Assembly (NCBI GenBank): GCA_965207885.1
Contig: OZ242311.1
Location: forward strand, 1,056,001 to 1,120,000
Source of the DNA: Candidatus Latescibacterota bacterium
Lineage (GTDB): Bacteria > Latescibacterota > UBA2968
Direction: 5' to 3'
DNA: 64,000 bases
Part shown: positions 28,947-39,640 of the stretch, piece after piece
Position numbering within the stretch: position 1 is the stretch's first letter
How the letters are laid out: the number at the start of each line of letters is the position of its first letter
The notes under the pieces: model-generated
Databases searched by the model: none
What the model was told of the DNA's origin: nothing
Seen by the model: the letters and a program-made list of their open reading frames with translations, nothing else
Program-made: the position numbers and the translations under genes

Positions 28947-30092
28947 ATGAGCGATATAGGTGGAAAAATAGGTGCTGCTCCCATTACGGCACCTGGCTGG
29001 ACCGCGAAGTCCAGAGAAGGCGTTGCAATTGTCGATTGCGATGTACACCAAAATTTTCGCCGTCCGGAAGATTTGTTGCCGCATCTTTCCAAATTTTACC
29101 AGGAGCATCTCTACGATCAGGGGTTGCATTTGCCCGGCGGTGGATATCCCAATATGCCTTTCCGCGCCAATCGGCCGGATTTGAAAGATCCGGATCTCAA
29201 GGAGCGGGATTTCAATTTTTCCGTTGAGTTTTTGCAGAAGGAGCATCTCGACCGCTGGCATATCGATTACGCGCTGTTGACGGGTCCACCGCCTTTTTAC
29301 GGGTATTCGGGTTTGCCGGATCCGGATTGGGCGGCTGCGCTGTGTCGCGCGTTTAACGATTGGACGATTGAGCATTGGCTCAGTCGCGATGACCGTCTCG
29401 TCAATGCCATTCTCGTTTCGGCTACTGATCCGTCTCAGGCGGTCGATGAAATCAACAGGCTGGCGCATCGCAAAGATACGGTTGCGGTGATGGTGCCGAT
29501 GGGTACGATGATGCCTTTTGGGAATCGCTTTTACCATCCGATATGGGAGGCGTGTGAGAATCACGGGTTGCCAGTGGTTTCCCATGTGGGTGGCGGCGGT
29601 GGGGCGACGCGGACTGTTCCGACTCCGGTGGGTTTTCCCACGTATTATATGGAGTCCAGGATGAGCCGACCGTATATGGCGAGTTCTCATGCGTCGTCGT
29701 TGATTTGTGAAGGTGTTTTTGAGAAGTTTCCAAATTTGAAGTTTGCGCTTATTGAAGCACAGCAGTTTTGGGCTGTTCCGATGATGTGGCACATGGATTC
29801 GGATTGGAAGGCGTTGCGCGACCAGACGCCGTGGCTCAAGCGGTTGCCGAGCGAGTATTTCCGCGACCATATTCGGGTTGGCTCACAGCCCTTGCACGAG
29901 CCTGAGCGACCCGAGCAGATACACCAGATGCTGGATATGTTACACGCGGATGAGACCCTTATTTATTGTTCGGATTTTCCCCATTTTGACTGGAACGATC
30001 CCGTGACGACATTTCCCAGGCTGGCAGAGGATTTGCATCAGCGCATTTTTGCCGATAATGCCCTGGAGATGCTGCGTATGGAGGTTGTGTAA
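28947..30092 (+). CDS. Amidohydrolase_2-fold protein, possibly a dinuclear oxygenase
   Basis: IVDCDVH, FNDW, SHVG, FALIE and CSDFPHFD motifs; directly abuts a Rieske gene. Confidence 0.85.
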   Translation: MSDIGGKIGAAPITAPGWTAKSREGVAIVDCDVHQNFRRPEDLLPHLSKFYQEHLYDQGLHLPGGGYPNMPFRANRPDLKDPDLKERDFNFSVEFLQKEHLDRWHIDYALLTGPPPFYGYSGLPDPDWAAALCRAFNDWTIEHWLSRDDRLVNAILVSATDPSQAVDEINRLAHRKDTVAVMVPMGTMMPFGNRFYHPIWEACENHGLPVVSHVGGGGGATRTVPTPVGFPTYYMESRMSRPYMASSHASSLICEGVFEKFPNLKFALIEAQQFWAVPMMWHMDSDWKALRDQTPWLKRLPSEYFRDHIRVGSQPLHEPERPEQIHQMLDMLHADETLIYCSDFPHFDWNDPVTTFPRLAEDLHQRIFADNALEMLRMEVV

Positions 30093-30470
30093 ATGGCGCG
30101 TATTGTAGTTGCCAGGGTTTCGGAGATCCCGCCTGGACAGCGCAAAATTGTGGTGCCATTTCGCGGGCGCGCCGGGATTGGCATTTTTAATGTGAGGGGT
30201 TCGTTTTACGCGGTTCGCAATATTTGTCCGCATAAGAATGGTCCGCTTTGTACCGGGACACTCGGCGGTCGGGTGACGACTCAGGCGCCGCCTTCGACGG
30301 GAGAAGGCGAGATTTCCATTGATGGCGATGGCGAGATTCTGCACTGTCCGTGGCATCAGTGGTCTTTTGAGATTTCAACGGGACGCTGTCTGGTGGATCC
30401 GGAGGTGTATGTCAAGACCTATGCGGTAGAAATTGACGGCGATGATGTTGTCGTCACTTATGATGACTAA
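30093..30470 (+). CDS. Rieske [2Fe-2S] ferredoxin
   Basis: CPH...CPWH ligand motifs; 125 aa. Confidence 0.92.
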   Translation: MARIVVARVSEIPPGQRKIVVPFRGRAGIGIFNVRGSFYAVRNICPHKNGPLCTGTLGGRVTTQAPPSTGEGEISIDGDGEILHCPWHQWSFEISTGRCLVDPEVYVKTYAVEIDGDDVVVTYDD

Positions 30471-30477
30471 GGTCGTT

Positions 30478-32472
30478 ATGGCACGCGCTCAACCTTCAGA
30501 GGATGTATCAGAACAAAAACGGCCGGTTATTACTGTGCGGGCAGTTGTATTGGGCGTGGCTACGGGTGTTTTGCTCAATACTTATACCAATTACACGGGG
30601 ATGGTGCTCGTCAATAGCGCGCTGGTTAAGTCGCAACTCCCGATGTCTGTGTTGCTGCCTTTTGTGGGATGGATTGGCGTCAATCTCGTTCTCAGATTTT
30701 TTTGGCCCCGCATTGCCCTTTCCAGTTCTGAACTCGTCTTGATTTACAGTATGTCGTGGATTGTGGGGACGATTCCCGTTGCGGGATGGGCCACGTACTG
30801 GGGCGGTATTGTCAGTTCTCCGACTTATTATGCCTCGCCGGAAAATCGATGGGAGGAGTTTCTTTTTGATGTTATGCCCTGGTGGGTATTGCCCCAGGCG
30901 TCGCAGGGGTCCATAACGACCTTTTACGAGGGCCTGCCGCCAGGAGAGAGCATTCCGTGGGGCAGTTGGGTAGGCACACTTTGCTGGTGGTTCAGCTTGT
31001 CTATCGCGCTTGTGGTGGCCGCGCTTTGTGTTTCGGTTATTTTTCAGAGGCAGTGGGAAGATGCCGAAAAGCTGACGTTTCCTCTGGTGACTTTCCCAGT
31101 CGCGCTGACAGAGGGTTTTGATGGTAAGGAGCGCATTCCCGCCATTTTTAAAGGCGGTATCTTCTGGGCGGGCGTTCTGGTTGTGTTGCTGGTTTATGTC
31201 TATAATATCATCACGTATTTTGCGCCCAATTTGCCCCATATGGGGATTTACGATTCGGTTCGTATCGCGAATAAGGATGTTATTATTGCAGAACATTTCC
31301 CGCCTTTGAGGCTGCGCATTATGCCGCCCGTTATTGGGCTGACCTATTTGTGCAATCTCGATATTCTTCTTTCTTTTTGGGCATTTCGCCTTTTTGCGAT
31401 TTTGAAAGAGGGATTTATCAATCGCGTTGGATATACGGTGGGCTATACGGGTCAGCAGGCAGATGCGTATGAGATTTTGCTTTTGGAATCCCACGGGGCT
31501 TTTGTTTTTCTTGCGCTGTGGTCGGTGTGGATTGCTCGGGGGCATTTGCGCAGGGTGTTTCAGGCGGCAATAGAGGGCTGTCGATCTCCCAAGGATGATG
31601 GTCTTATTCCCTACCGGTTCGCGCTTGTGGGGTTGGGACTTTCTACGGTTTTTGTCGTGGGGTTTGTCACGTATATGGGGCTTTCGTTGCCCCTTGCGAT
31701 TCTTCAGGTGGTGCTTCTCTATATTGCCTATTTTACGATTGCGAAATACACGGCGGCGAGTGGGTTCTCCTATTTGTTTCCGGTGGCGGTTCGGGGTGGA
31801 CGTATTATTGAGAGTTTGATTGGCTATTCGACGTTTACGCGCCGGGAGGTCGTTGGTCTGGGTCTTGTCAATTCCAATATGTTTTTTGGGAATTACCGCA
31901 TTCCAGTCTGGCCCTCGCTGCCCCACCATCTCAAGCTTTTTTCGTCCGAGGAGAGACGGAAGCGGGTTGTGTGGACGATTTTTCTGGCTTTTTCGACGTG
32001 TTTTTTCGCGTCTATGCTCTATACGATTTATCTGGGTTATGACAATGCGGCGCAGAATTTGGGGTTGGGTGGATTTCAAGGTGGTAATCGGAATCTCTAT
32101 AATCGCATGGTTTCGATTATTGTGCAGGCAGATAAGACGGTGTTCGATCCGGCCAAGGTGACTGTGTGGGTTCTGGGCGTGCTTTTTGCCGGTTTGCTCA
32201 CGCTTTTGAGAAATCGCGTGCCCTGGTGGCCGCTGCATCCGATGGGACTGGCTTTTCAGATTAGCCAGGGGTCGAGGACGTATGCTTTCAGTATGTTCCT
32301 GACGTGGTCGGCCAAGCATATGATTCTGCGGTTTGGCGGTATTCCGCTTTACAATCGCGTGCGTCCGTTTTTCTTTGGTCTCGTTGTCGGATATGTGACG
32401 GGGTGCGCGCTTTCTTCGCTTGTGGATTATGTCTGGTTTCCGTCAACGCCACACTGGACGCATGGATGGTAG
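30478..32472 (+). CDS. DUF6785/DUF6784-type polytopic membrane protein (putative transporter), paralog 1
   Basis: Many TM segments; YYASPENRW, RQWEDAEKLTFP and WWPLHPMG motifs. Confidence 0.75.
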   Translation: MARAQPSEDVSEQKRPVITVRAVVLGVATGVLLNTYTNYTGMVLVNSALVKSQLPMSVLLPFVGWIGVNLVLRFFWPRIALSSSELVLIYSMSWIVGTIPVAGWATYWGGIVSSPTYYASPENRWEEFLFDVMPWWVLPQASQGSITTFYEGLPPGESIPWGSWVGTLCWWFSLSIALVVAALCVSVIFQRQWEDAEKLTFPLVTFPVALTEGFDGKERIPAIFKGGIFWAGVLVVLLVYVYNIITYFAPNLPHMGIYDSVRIANKDVIIAEHFPPLRLRIMPPVIGLTYLCNLDILLSFWAFRLFAILKEGFINRVGYTVGYTGQQADAYEILLLESHGAFVFLALWSVWIARGHLRRVFQAAIEGCRSPKDDGLIPYRFALVGLGLSTVFVVGFVTYMGLSLPLAILQVVLLYIAYFTIAKYTAASGFSYLFPVAVRGGRIIESLIGYSTFTRREVVGLGLVNSNMFFGNYRIPVWPSLPHHLKLFSSEERRKRVVWTIFLAFSTCFFASMLYTIYLGYDNAAQNLGLGGFQGGNRNLYNRMVSIIVQADKTVFDPAKVTVWVLGVLFAGLLTLLRNRVPWWPLHPMGLAFQISQGSRTYAFSMFLTWSAKHMILRFGGIPLYNRVRPFFFGLVVGYVTGCALSSLVDYVWFPSTPHWTHGW

Positions 32473-32493
32473 AAGTGTGAAAAGGAGAATAAA

Positions 32494-33627
32494 ATGAAGA
32501 CTACGGCAGGAGATACTATGGATGCTTATGTCCGCGAGGGCGAGGAGATGGCGTTTGCGCTTGGGAATCGCGGTGCTATCAAGTTTAATGCGGACGGTGC
32601 GCTGGATGAGGTTATTGCAGAGGCGTATTGGCGCGTGGGGTTCTATGTGTTTGAGGGTGCGCTGGGCGATGAGGAACTCGAAGATTTGCAGGCGGATCTG
32701 GCGCATGCGTTTGAGCGGGCGCCGCATACTAAAGACGCGCTGGTCGATTCAATGGGTCGCAAAGCGCTCGGGGCGGATTTGGCGCGACAGCCATTTCGAT
32801 TTGTCAAACCGCTGAGCGATCCCGTGGGGGGTACGTCGAGCAATAATGGGCGGCATCCGGCCAGGATGTCGGAGCCAGAGCCTCCGGCTGATGCGCCGGA
32901 TTATGTGATTTCCAATATTGCTGCGCCACTGCAAATTATGGATTCTTGTTTGCGGCTTTATGGACATCCCGAACTGCTGTCTGTTGCAGAGCAGATCAAT
33001 GGGCCGGATTTTACGCCGTTTACGGAGTCTGTTATTGTCAAGCAGCCGGGGCTGGGTGCATCGGTGGCCTGGCATCAGGACGGTACCACGCAGTGGGATA
33101 GGCCCGATTGGGATGAGGGTACGCACGGGTTTAATTTTATGGCTCAGCTTTTCGGGAGTACGGCGGCCAACGGGGTATGGGTGATTTCCGGGTCGCACAA
33201 GCAGGGCAAGCTGGATATTAAAGCGATGATTGCGGATAATGATGGTTCTGACCGTTTGCCGGGGGCGGTTCCCATGGTGTGTGAGCCCGGCGATGTGGTT
33301 ATGTCCAACCGTCAGGCTCTGCACGCTTCTTTTGCCAATACGTCGTCGGATAAGCGGATGACGATTAATTTTGGCTTTCATCGTCGGTCTTCTGTCCTGA
33401 ATGCGCGGGTGAGGCGTGGGGATGAGGAGGTGATTTACGATGAGGAGCGTATCTATGAGCGTTCTCGTTTGATCGCTTTGGGGATCGATGCGCGGCAGCA
33501 GCGATTTCCAGATGAATCGCGCTATGTTTATCAGCCTCTGATTGGGGAGGAGGATGCCAACCGGTGGAATGAAGAGACGCGGGAGAGTGTTTTAAAAAAT
33601 TATAATCTGAGAGATCTGGGGCTTTGA
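32494..33627 (+). CDS. Phytanoyl-CoA dioxygenase (PhyH) family 2OG-Fe(II) oxygenase
   Basis: WHQD, GSH, LHAS and KR motifs. Confidence 0.88.
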   Translation: MKTTAGDTMDAYVREGEEMAFALGNRGAIKFNADGALDEVIAEAYWRVGFYVFEGALGDEELEDLQADLAHAFERAPHTKDALVDSMGRKALGADLARQPFRFVKPLSDPVGGTSSNNGRHPARMSEPEPPADAPDYVISNIAAPLQIMDSCLRLYGHPELLSVAEQINGPDFTPFTESVIVKQPGLGASVAWHQDGTTQWDRPDWDEGTHGFNFMAQLFGSTAANGVWVISGSHKQGKLDIKAMIADNDGSDRLPGAVPMVCEPGDVVMSNRQALHASFANTSSDKRMTINFGFHRRSSVLNARVRRGDEEVIYDEERIYERSRLIALGIDARQQRFPDESRYVYQPLIGEEDANRWNEETRESVLKNYNLRDLGL

Positions 33628-33634
33628 TTAAGGT

Positions 33635-35083
33635 ATGGATGCGATTTCGAGAAATCTCCTGGCGGGTGTTGCAAAGGTAGTGATAACCGATCCGGAGGCG
33701 GGACCGGCTAATGACCCACTTTATGTCAAAGCTCTGGCTCTGAGGTCTGGTGATGAGATAGCTGTTATTGTGACTGTAGATGCGGTAGCGATAGCTGAGA
33801 TCGGTTCTATCAAAAATGATTTTCTCGCCAATGTGCGTTCTCAATTGAACAGGGAGTTAAATCTCGATTCTGCGCGTATTCTGATCAATGCCAGCCATTG
33901 TCATGGTAAGGTGTGTGCAGATGTGGAAGCGCGAACTGTTCAGGCGGTCGTGGAGGCGTGGCAAAATATGGTTCCCGTGAGTGTGGGTGCTGGTACTGGC
34001 TGCGAGGACAGGATTATGGAGAATCGCAGGCTTGTGCTGAAGAATGGAAGGGAAGCCGATATCCGCCACGCGTATTCGCTTCCGCCCGATGAGGAAATCG
34101 CTTCGGTCGGGCCAGTTGATTCGGAGATTGGCATTCTTCGGTTGGATAGGAAGGATGGTGAGACGCTGGCGGTTGTTTTCAATTTTGCGTGTCATCCGAT
34201 TCTGGAGGTGCCGAGCAGAGAAAATACGGCGGATATTTCCGGGTTTGCGTCAAGGGTGATTGAGGATAATTTGAGCGAGGATACGATTGCGCTGTTTTTG
34301 CAGGGTTGTGGGGGCGATGTCAATCCGATTTTGTACAAGGATGTCAATAATCCTCGGGATGCCGAGATTTTGGGAAATATGCTGGGTCTTAGCACGTTGC
34401 AGGGGTTGAAGAAGATCTGTAGTAGTAAGGGTGGAGAGTTGAAGGTTATCCGTGAGACCATTGAACTTCCGAGGGCTGATCTCGCAGAGCGTATCGAATC
34501 TCTACAGGCCGAACAGATACAATTGCTTGGGGCGCTGAAGGGGACGAGTCTCAATTTGAAGACGTTTATTCCTCTGTATGTGAAATGCAATCTTTCCCGC
34601 GATTTTCCTTCTTATTATTCTCATCGTTATTTGCATGAGGAGATGATGGGGAGAGATGGTTTGAAGAAGCTGGATGCCGAAAATAGAGCGAATATGGACC
34701 GGTATATTGAGAATATTTACGCGATGGAGCAATTGACGAGGATCCAGATTAATCTAAATTTGCTTAAAAAACATCAGGCGCGGAATGTCGCTGCTGGAGA
34801 GAGTACAATTGAAGTTGAGATGATGGGTTTGAGAGTTGGGGAATTTGTTCTGGTGACGTTTCCGGGTGAGTTGTCGGTGGAGATCGGTCTCAATATTAAG
34901 AAAGGGTCTCCGCATAAGTTCACTTTTGTCGCGGGTGTTACAAATGGCTATATCTATTATACGCCAACGGCTGAGCAACTCAAAAATCGGGGCGGTTCAC
35001 AAGAAGATAGCGATTGTATGCTGGCGCCTGAGTGGCAGATGATTTTTGAGGATGAGGTGGAGAAATTATTGGCGGTTTTGTGA
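33635..35083 (+). CDS. Ceramidase-like hypothetical hydrolase
   Basis: DPLYVKAL, NASHCH, ENRR, FACHP and FPGE pattern. Confidence 0.65.
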   Translation: MDAISRNLLAGVAKVVITDPEAGPANDPLYVKALALRSGDEIAVIVTVDAVAIAEIGSIKNDFLANVRSQLNRELNLDSARILINASHCHGKVCADVEARTVQAVVEAWQNMVPVSVGAGTGCEDRIMENRRLVLKNGREADIRHAYSLPPDEEIASVGPVDSEIGILRLDRKDGETLAVVFNFACHPILEVPSRENTADISGFASRVIEDNLSEDTIALFLQGCGGDVNPILYKDVNNPRDAEILGNMLGLSTLQGLKKICSSKGGELKVIRETIELPRADLAERIESLQAEQIQLLGALKGTSLNLKTFIPLYVKCNLSRDFPSYYSHRYLHEEMMGRDGLKKLDAENRANMDRYIENIYAMEQLTRIQINLNLLKKHQARNVAAGESTIEVEMMGLRVGEFVLVTFPGELSVEIGLNIKKGSPHKFTFVAGVTNGYIYYTPTAEQLKNRGGSQEDSDCMLAPEWQMIFEDEVEKLLAVL

Positions 35084-35120
35084 AGGTGTAATTTTTATTT
35101 TTTTGAATAGGAGAATGGTC

Positions 35121-37586
35121 ATGGGTAAATCGATAAACGTCGGTTGCGAAGACCATTTGGCGATGGACGAGCGGCATATTTACCCCCGGTATATGGGGTT
35201 TCGCCCGGCGGATGGTCAGGTGTGCGATGTGAATCCGCCCAGGTTTAGCTGGCCGTTTGATCCGGCGATTATTCCGCAGGGGCCACTGCCGATAGAGCGG
35301 AGGTTCAGGCTGCGGATTGGGCGCACACCCGATTTGAGGGATCCGGTGGTCGATGTCAAACAGACGCCGTATAATTTTTACAATGCACTTCCGGTTTTGA
35401 AGGGTGCTCGCAAGTGGTTCTGGCAGGTGACGTACGATGTGGGAACGCCTCAGGAGCGCGAGAGCGAGGTGAGGCGTTTTGAGCTTGCGCCCGATGCGGT
35501 TGCATGGGATCGCACGGCGATTGAGCAGTTGGTGCATGGGCATCCGAGGATTATTTTTACGCCCGAGAATTTGCAGGACCTGAGAGAACTTCAGGATAAG
35601 GATTTGGAGTGTGGAGAGATTGCGCGGCAGGCGATTCGTCTGGCGGATGAGACGTTGAAGGCGAACTGGTTTGTGAATTTTCCGGAGACGGATGCGGATG
35701 CAGGACCTTTTGCGTTTCCTTTTATTTATCCCGAATACGCGCAGTTGCTCACGAATATGGCGTTTGCGTATATGCTGACGGGGGATGAAATGTACCTGGC
35801 GATGAAAGATCGGCTGTTGACGATGGCGCGTTACCAGCCCAACGGATTTTCTTCGCCAGAGGGTTTTCAGAATGGGGAAAAATTCAATACTAAAGTTACG
35901 GAGTTTATGGGTGTCTGCTTTGACTGGTTGTACCCGATTCTTTCCGAGGCTGAGCGCGAGACGATTATTCATTCGCTGGATTGGCGAATTGAGCATACGC
36001 TGAATGAATATTCCTGGCGGCACGAGGGCGCGGTTCGCGCAGATGGCATTGCGGTGGCGCCGGCTTCTCATCCCTGGGAGAATATTACGTGGACGCTGAC
36101 GGGTGCGCTGGCGGTTGCCGAGCATTCGGAGGCGGCGCGGCAATTCGCGGAACTCGGTTTGCACTATATCACGGGCGTGGGTACCGGGTTTGGTCCGGAT
36201 GAGGGGTGGAACGAAGGTGTTTCTTATAGTACATGGAAGTTCGGTTCTCTGGTGGCGACGTCTCTTTATGCCGCGATGATGCATCCCGATCTTCGTCTGG
36301 GACGCAATCCTTTTTACCGGGGTATGGGGAATTTTCTCTTGAATCTGGCGCCTGTCGGGGTTTTGCGGCCTGCATGGGGCGATATCGCTTTTCAGTATCG
36401 CTATTACGAACGCGGGCAGCACGCGTACCGCAGGAAATTGGCTTATTTGACGGGGGATGGGCGCATGCTGGAGGCGTGGAGGGAGTGGAAACGGGTGTTG
36501 GCGACGGGCGAGGTGAAGCCCCTGAATCTGGGGGAGCCCGATATTACTGAGATTACGGATTATCCCCGACCCTGGATCGAGTATGCGTTGAAGCATTTTT
36601 TTGCAGAGCCAAAGGCAGAGCCTGCACATCCGCGTACGCATCTCTTGCCGGTTGCCGGTTGGGCGATGGGGTATTCAGAGCGGCCCGAGAAGTTGGAGTC
36701 TTTTCGCAAGGGTGTGGGATTTGTGTTTACTTGCCGACCACGCGGGGGATATAGCCACAGCCACAAGAGCAATGGCGGTTTCGAGTTGTTTGCCTATGGA
36801 AAGACGATTGCCACGGGTGGGGGCAAGAAGAGCAATCGGGATGCTGTGGCGCGGTCGAGCCAGTCGCACAATACGGTGTTGATCGATGGCATTGGACAGG
36901 GCGAGGTGCGCGGTTCAGCCGGGTTGCCAAATGCGGGGCACATTGCGGCGTGGAAGGAGACGCCGCAGATGGTCTATGTGTGCGGGGATGTGCGAAATGC
37001 CTATACCGAGCATCCCAATCTGGCGCGGTTTTACCGCCATTTTCTTTTTGTGAGAGATCGCTATTTTGTGGTGTTTGACGATCTGGCTCTGACGTCGGAT
37101 GCCGCGGTGTTTTCATGGTTGTATCACGTTCAACCGGATGTGCCGGTGGCGATATCGGGAGAGGCTTTTGATTATGCGATTGATGAGGTGCAGGTGCAGG
37201 TGCATCACTTTGGGGAGACCGGTCCTTTGAAGGTGGAAAATATGTGCGGCGAGAAGGGGTATCGGAATCCAATTACGGGAGAGGATCTGTACAGTGAAAT
37301 TGAGGCTCAGAAGCAGGCTCTCAGAAAGTCTAAAGAGGATGAGATCTGGGATGGTGCGCCTCTCGTACATAACAATCTCTGGTTTTCTACTGAATCGCGC
37401 CGCGATGCAAAATTTCTCGCGGTTATTGTGCCGCATCGTGAGGGCGAGGACAGGCCATGCGTGCGAAAGGTGGCGCCGAATGTGGTTGGGGTATCGCTGA
37501 AAGAGGGCGTTGAAGATGTAATTGCGTTTGGACGGGAATGGGAGGGTGCGTTTGCGGTGGTTGATTACGAAGTGATGCGTGAGTAA
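35121..37586 (+). CDS. DUF4962/heparinase II/III-like polysaccharide lyase
   Basis: NPPRFSWP, HPRI, EGVSY, SHSH and HNTVLIDG motifs; no signal peptide. Confidence 0.78.
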   Translation: MGKSINVGCEDHLAMDERHIYPRYMGFRPADGQVCDVNPPRFSWPFDPAIIPQGPLPIERRFRLRIGRTPDLRDPVVDVKQTPYNFYNALPVLKGARKWFWQVTYDVGTPQERESEVRRFELAPDAVAWDRTAIEQLVHGHPRIIFTPENLQDLRELQDKDLECGEIARQAIRLADETLKANWFVNFPETDADAGPFAFPFIYPEYAQLLTNMAFAYMLTGDEMYLAMKDRLLTMARYQPNGFSSPEGFQNGEKFNTKVTEFMGVCFDWLYPILSEAERETIIHSLDWRIEHTLNEYSWRHEGAVRADGIAVAPASHPWENITWTLTGALAVAEHSEAARQFAELGLHYITGVGTGFGPDEGWNEGVSYSTWKFGSLVATSLYAAMMHPDLRLGRNPFYRGMGNFLLNLAPVGVLRPAWGDIAFQYRYYERGQHAYRRKLAYLTGDGRMLEAWREWKRVLATGEVKPLNLGEPDITEITDYPRPWIEYALKHFFAEPKAEPAHPRTHLLPVAGWAMGYSERPEKLESFRKGVGFVFTCRPRGGYSHSHKSNGGFELFAYGKTIATGGGKKSNRDAVARSSQSHNTVLIDGIGQGEVRGSAGLPNAGHIAAWKETPQMVYVCGDVRNAYTEHPNLARFYRHFLFVRDRYFVVFDDLALTSDAAVFSWLYHVQPDVPVAISGEAFDYAIDEVQVQVHHFGETGPLKVENMCGEKGYRNPITGEDLYSEIEAQKQALRKSKEDEIWDGAPLVHNNLWFSTESRRDAKFLAVIVPHREGEDRPCVRKVAPNVVGVSLKEGVEDVIAFGREWEGAFAVVDYEVMRE

Positions 37587-37616
37587 ACGACTTACCTTCA
37601 GTTCAAAGGAGGAATA

Positions 37617-39608
37617 GTGTCTGAGAATGTCATTGTTGCTCCACGGCCCGAAACACAGGCTAGTCCGTTCCCGGATCGTGGGGTCACATTCCGGTCGCTC
37701 GCTCTGGGGCTCTCCATTGTGATCCTTACCAACCTCTGGGTGACCTATGCCGAAGCGGTCGTCAAATCTACCCGGCTCAATCTGGCCTATTTTCAACTCC
37801 CACTCCTGGCCCTCTTCGTCCTGCTGGTGGGATTTCTCAATCCTCTGCTCAAGCTCTACCGGCAACGGCTTGCCTTTTCCCCTGCGGAGCTTCTGACAGT
37901 CGTGGCTATAGGTATTGTCGGGTCGGTCGTTCCCGGTTCCGGCATTACCGGCTTTTTCCTGGGCATCATCACCTCCCCGTTCTACTTCGACACCCCCGAA
38001 AACCAGTGGGCCGAATTCTATCACCCCCACCTCAGCACCTGGATGGTGCCCACCGACCGCGAGGCTCTGAGGATGTTCTACGAGGGGCTACCTCCGGGCG
38101 CACAGGCTCCCTGGACGGTCTGGCTGGTTCCGCTGGTGTGGCGGAGCAGCCTCATCGCGGCCATCCTGGTTGGAACGGCGTGTGTGATGGCCATCCTTCG
38201 AAAGCAGTGGGTTGAGCACGAGAAACTCGTGTACCCGCTGGTCTCCATACCCATTGAATTGGTCAGAGACACCGATTCGGAGCGCCTCTGGCCGACCTTG
38301 ATGCGGAGCAAGCTCTTCTGGGTTGCGGCCCTTCTGGCGTTTGGACTCTTCTTCTGGAAATCCCTCTCCTGGTTCTTTCCCGCCGTCCCCGATATCGCCC
38401 TTATCCCTTCCGGGGGCTACTTCCAATTCACGCGCTACTCGCCTTCCCTACGAGTTCGCCCTTTGCAGTTCTACACGCTCGGCTTTGCGTACTTCGCCAA
38501 TCTGGAGGTCCTCTTCAGTGTCTGGTTCTTCTTCCTGATCCATGTGGTGGAAGGGCACATCATCAACCGCATGGGTCTGCAGACCGAGCAACCCTCGGAC
38601 TCTTTTACCGCCGATCAGGAGATTCAGTCCTGGCAGTGTTTCGGCGCACTGGCCAGCCTGGTCCTCTGGCGACTTTGGGTGGCTCGGCACCATCTGAGAG
38701 ACGTCTTTTTGAAGGCCCTCAATTCCCGTTATCCAGCCGATGACCGCCAGGAGATCCTCTCTTACCGCACATCGGTTTTGGGGCTGCTGCTGAGCCTGTT
38801 GTATATCCTGTTTCTGATCCATCAATCCGGCATGGACCTCCTCACAGCGCTGGTCTTCATGGCCGGTACGGGAATCATTTACATCGGGATGGCCCGAATC
38901 GTCTCCGAGACCGGCCTGGTTACCACGCAGGCCCCCATCACCGCGCAGGCCTTTGCGATGGACATGCGGGGGACCGACGTGATGACAGGGTCCACCCTCA
39001 CCTCGATGCTCCTCTCCTATTCGCTGATTGACTACATCCGTGGCCTGTTCGCGCCGGGGCTGGCGCAGGCCGTCAAGCTGGGCGATCTGGTTCGTAGAAA
39101 CCGACGCATGCTGGTGTTCTGGGTGGTGATCGGTGCATTGGTCGGACTCGTCGCCTCGGTCTGGCTTACGCTTTATCTGGGATACGTCCACGGAGCCTAC
39201 AACTTTGCGTTCTACTACAAAGGGAATCCCAAGAGTGTCTTCTCCTCTACCCTATCGCATATGAGGACACCTGGGCCAATGGCCCTGGACCGGATGATTT
39301 TCTTTGGCATTGGCGCGGCTCTGATGGGTCTGCTCACCTTCCTGCGGTATCGGTTCGCCTGGTGGTCGATCCATCCCATCGGCCTGGCCATATCTGCCTC
39401 GGATAACTCCAAGTCCATCGTCATCCCGGTCTTCTTCGCCTGGGTCTGCAAGGCGATCCTGATGCGCGTTGGCGGGGTGACCCTCTACCGCCGGGCCATG
39501 CCCCTGTTTTTGGGCCTGTTGATTGGCTACACGTTTGGGGTCGTCTGGTGTTTTCTCATTGACGCAGTCTGGTTCCCCGGGCAGGGACATGGCGTGCATA
39601 GTTGGTGA
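37617..39608 (+). CDS. DUF6785/DUF6784-type membrane protein, paralog 2
   Basis: GTG start after AGGAGG; FDTPENQW, RKQWVEHEKLVYP and WWSIHPIG motifs. Confidence 0.78.
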   Translation: MSENVIVAPRPETQASPFPDRGVTFRSLALGLSIVILTNLWVTYAEAVVKSTRLNLAYFQLPLLALFVLLVGFLNPLLKLYRQRLAFSPAELLTVVAIGIVGSVVPGSGITGFFLGIITSPFYFDTPENQWAEFYHPHLSTWMVPTDREALRMFYEGLPPGAQAPWTVWLVPLVWRSSLIAAILVGTACVMAILRKQWVEHEKLVYPLVSIPIELVRDTDSERLWPTLMRSKLFWVAALLAFGLFFWKSLSWFFPAVPDIALIPSGGYFQFTRYSPSLRVRPLQFYTLGFAYFANLEVLFSVWFFFLIHVVEGHIINRMGLQTEQPSDSFTADQEIQSWQCFGALASLVLWRLWVARHHLRDVFLKALNSRYPADDRQEILSYRTSVLGLLLSLLYILFLIHQSGMDLLTALVFMAGTGIIYIGMARIVSETGLVTTQAPITAQAFAMDMRGTDVMTGSTLTSMLLSYSLIDYIRGLFAPGLAQAVKLGDLVRRNRRMLVFWVVIGALVGLVASVWLTLYLGYVHGAYNFAFYYKGNPKSVFSSTLSHMRTPGPMALDRMIFFGIGAALMGLLTFLRYRFAWWSIHPIGLAISASDNSKSIVIPVFFAWVCKAILMRVGGVTLYRRAMPLFLGLLIGYTFGVVWCFLIDAVWFPGQGHGVHSW

Positions 39609-39640
39609 ATATGCAGGCTATATTTACTTTTACTAATGGC

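Noticed and set aside
30508-32319. 603-aa minus-strand ORF
   Set aside because: Antisense shadow of the DUF6785 gene; K/R/N/Q-rich composition with no recognisable motifs.
34980-36641. 553-aa minus-strand ORF
   Set aside because: Shadow of the lyase gene, explained by codon bias.
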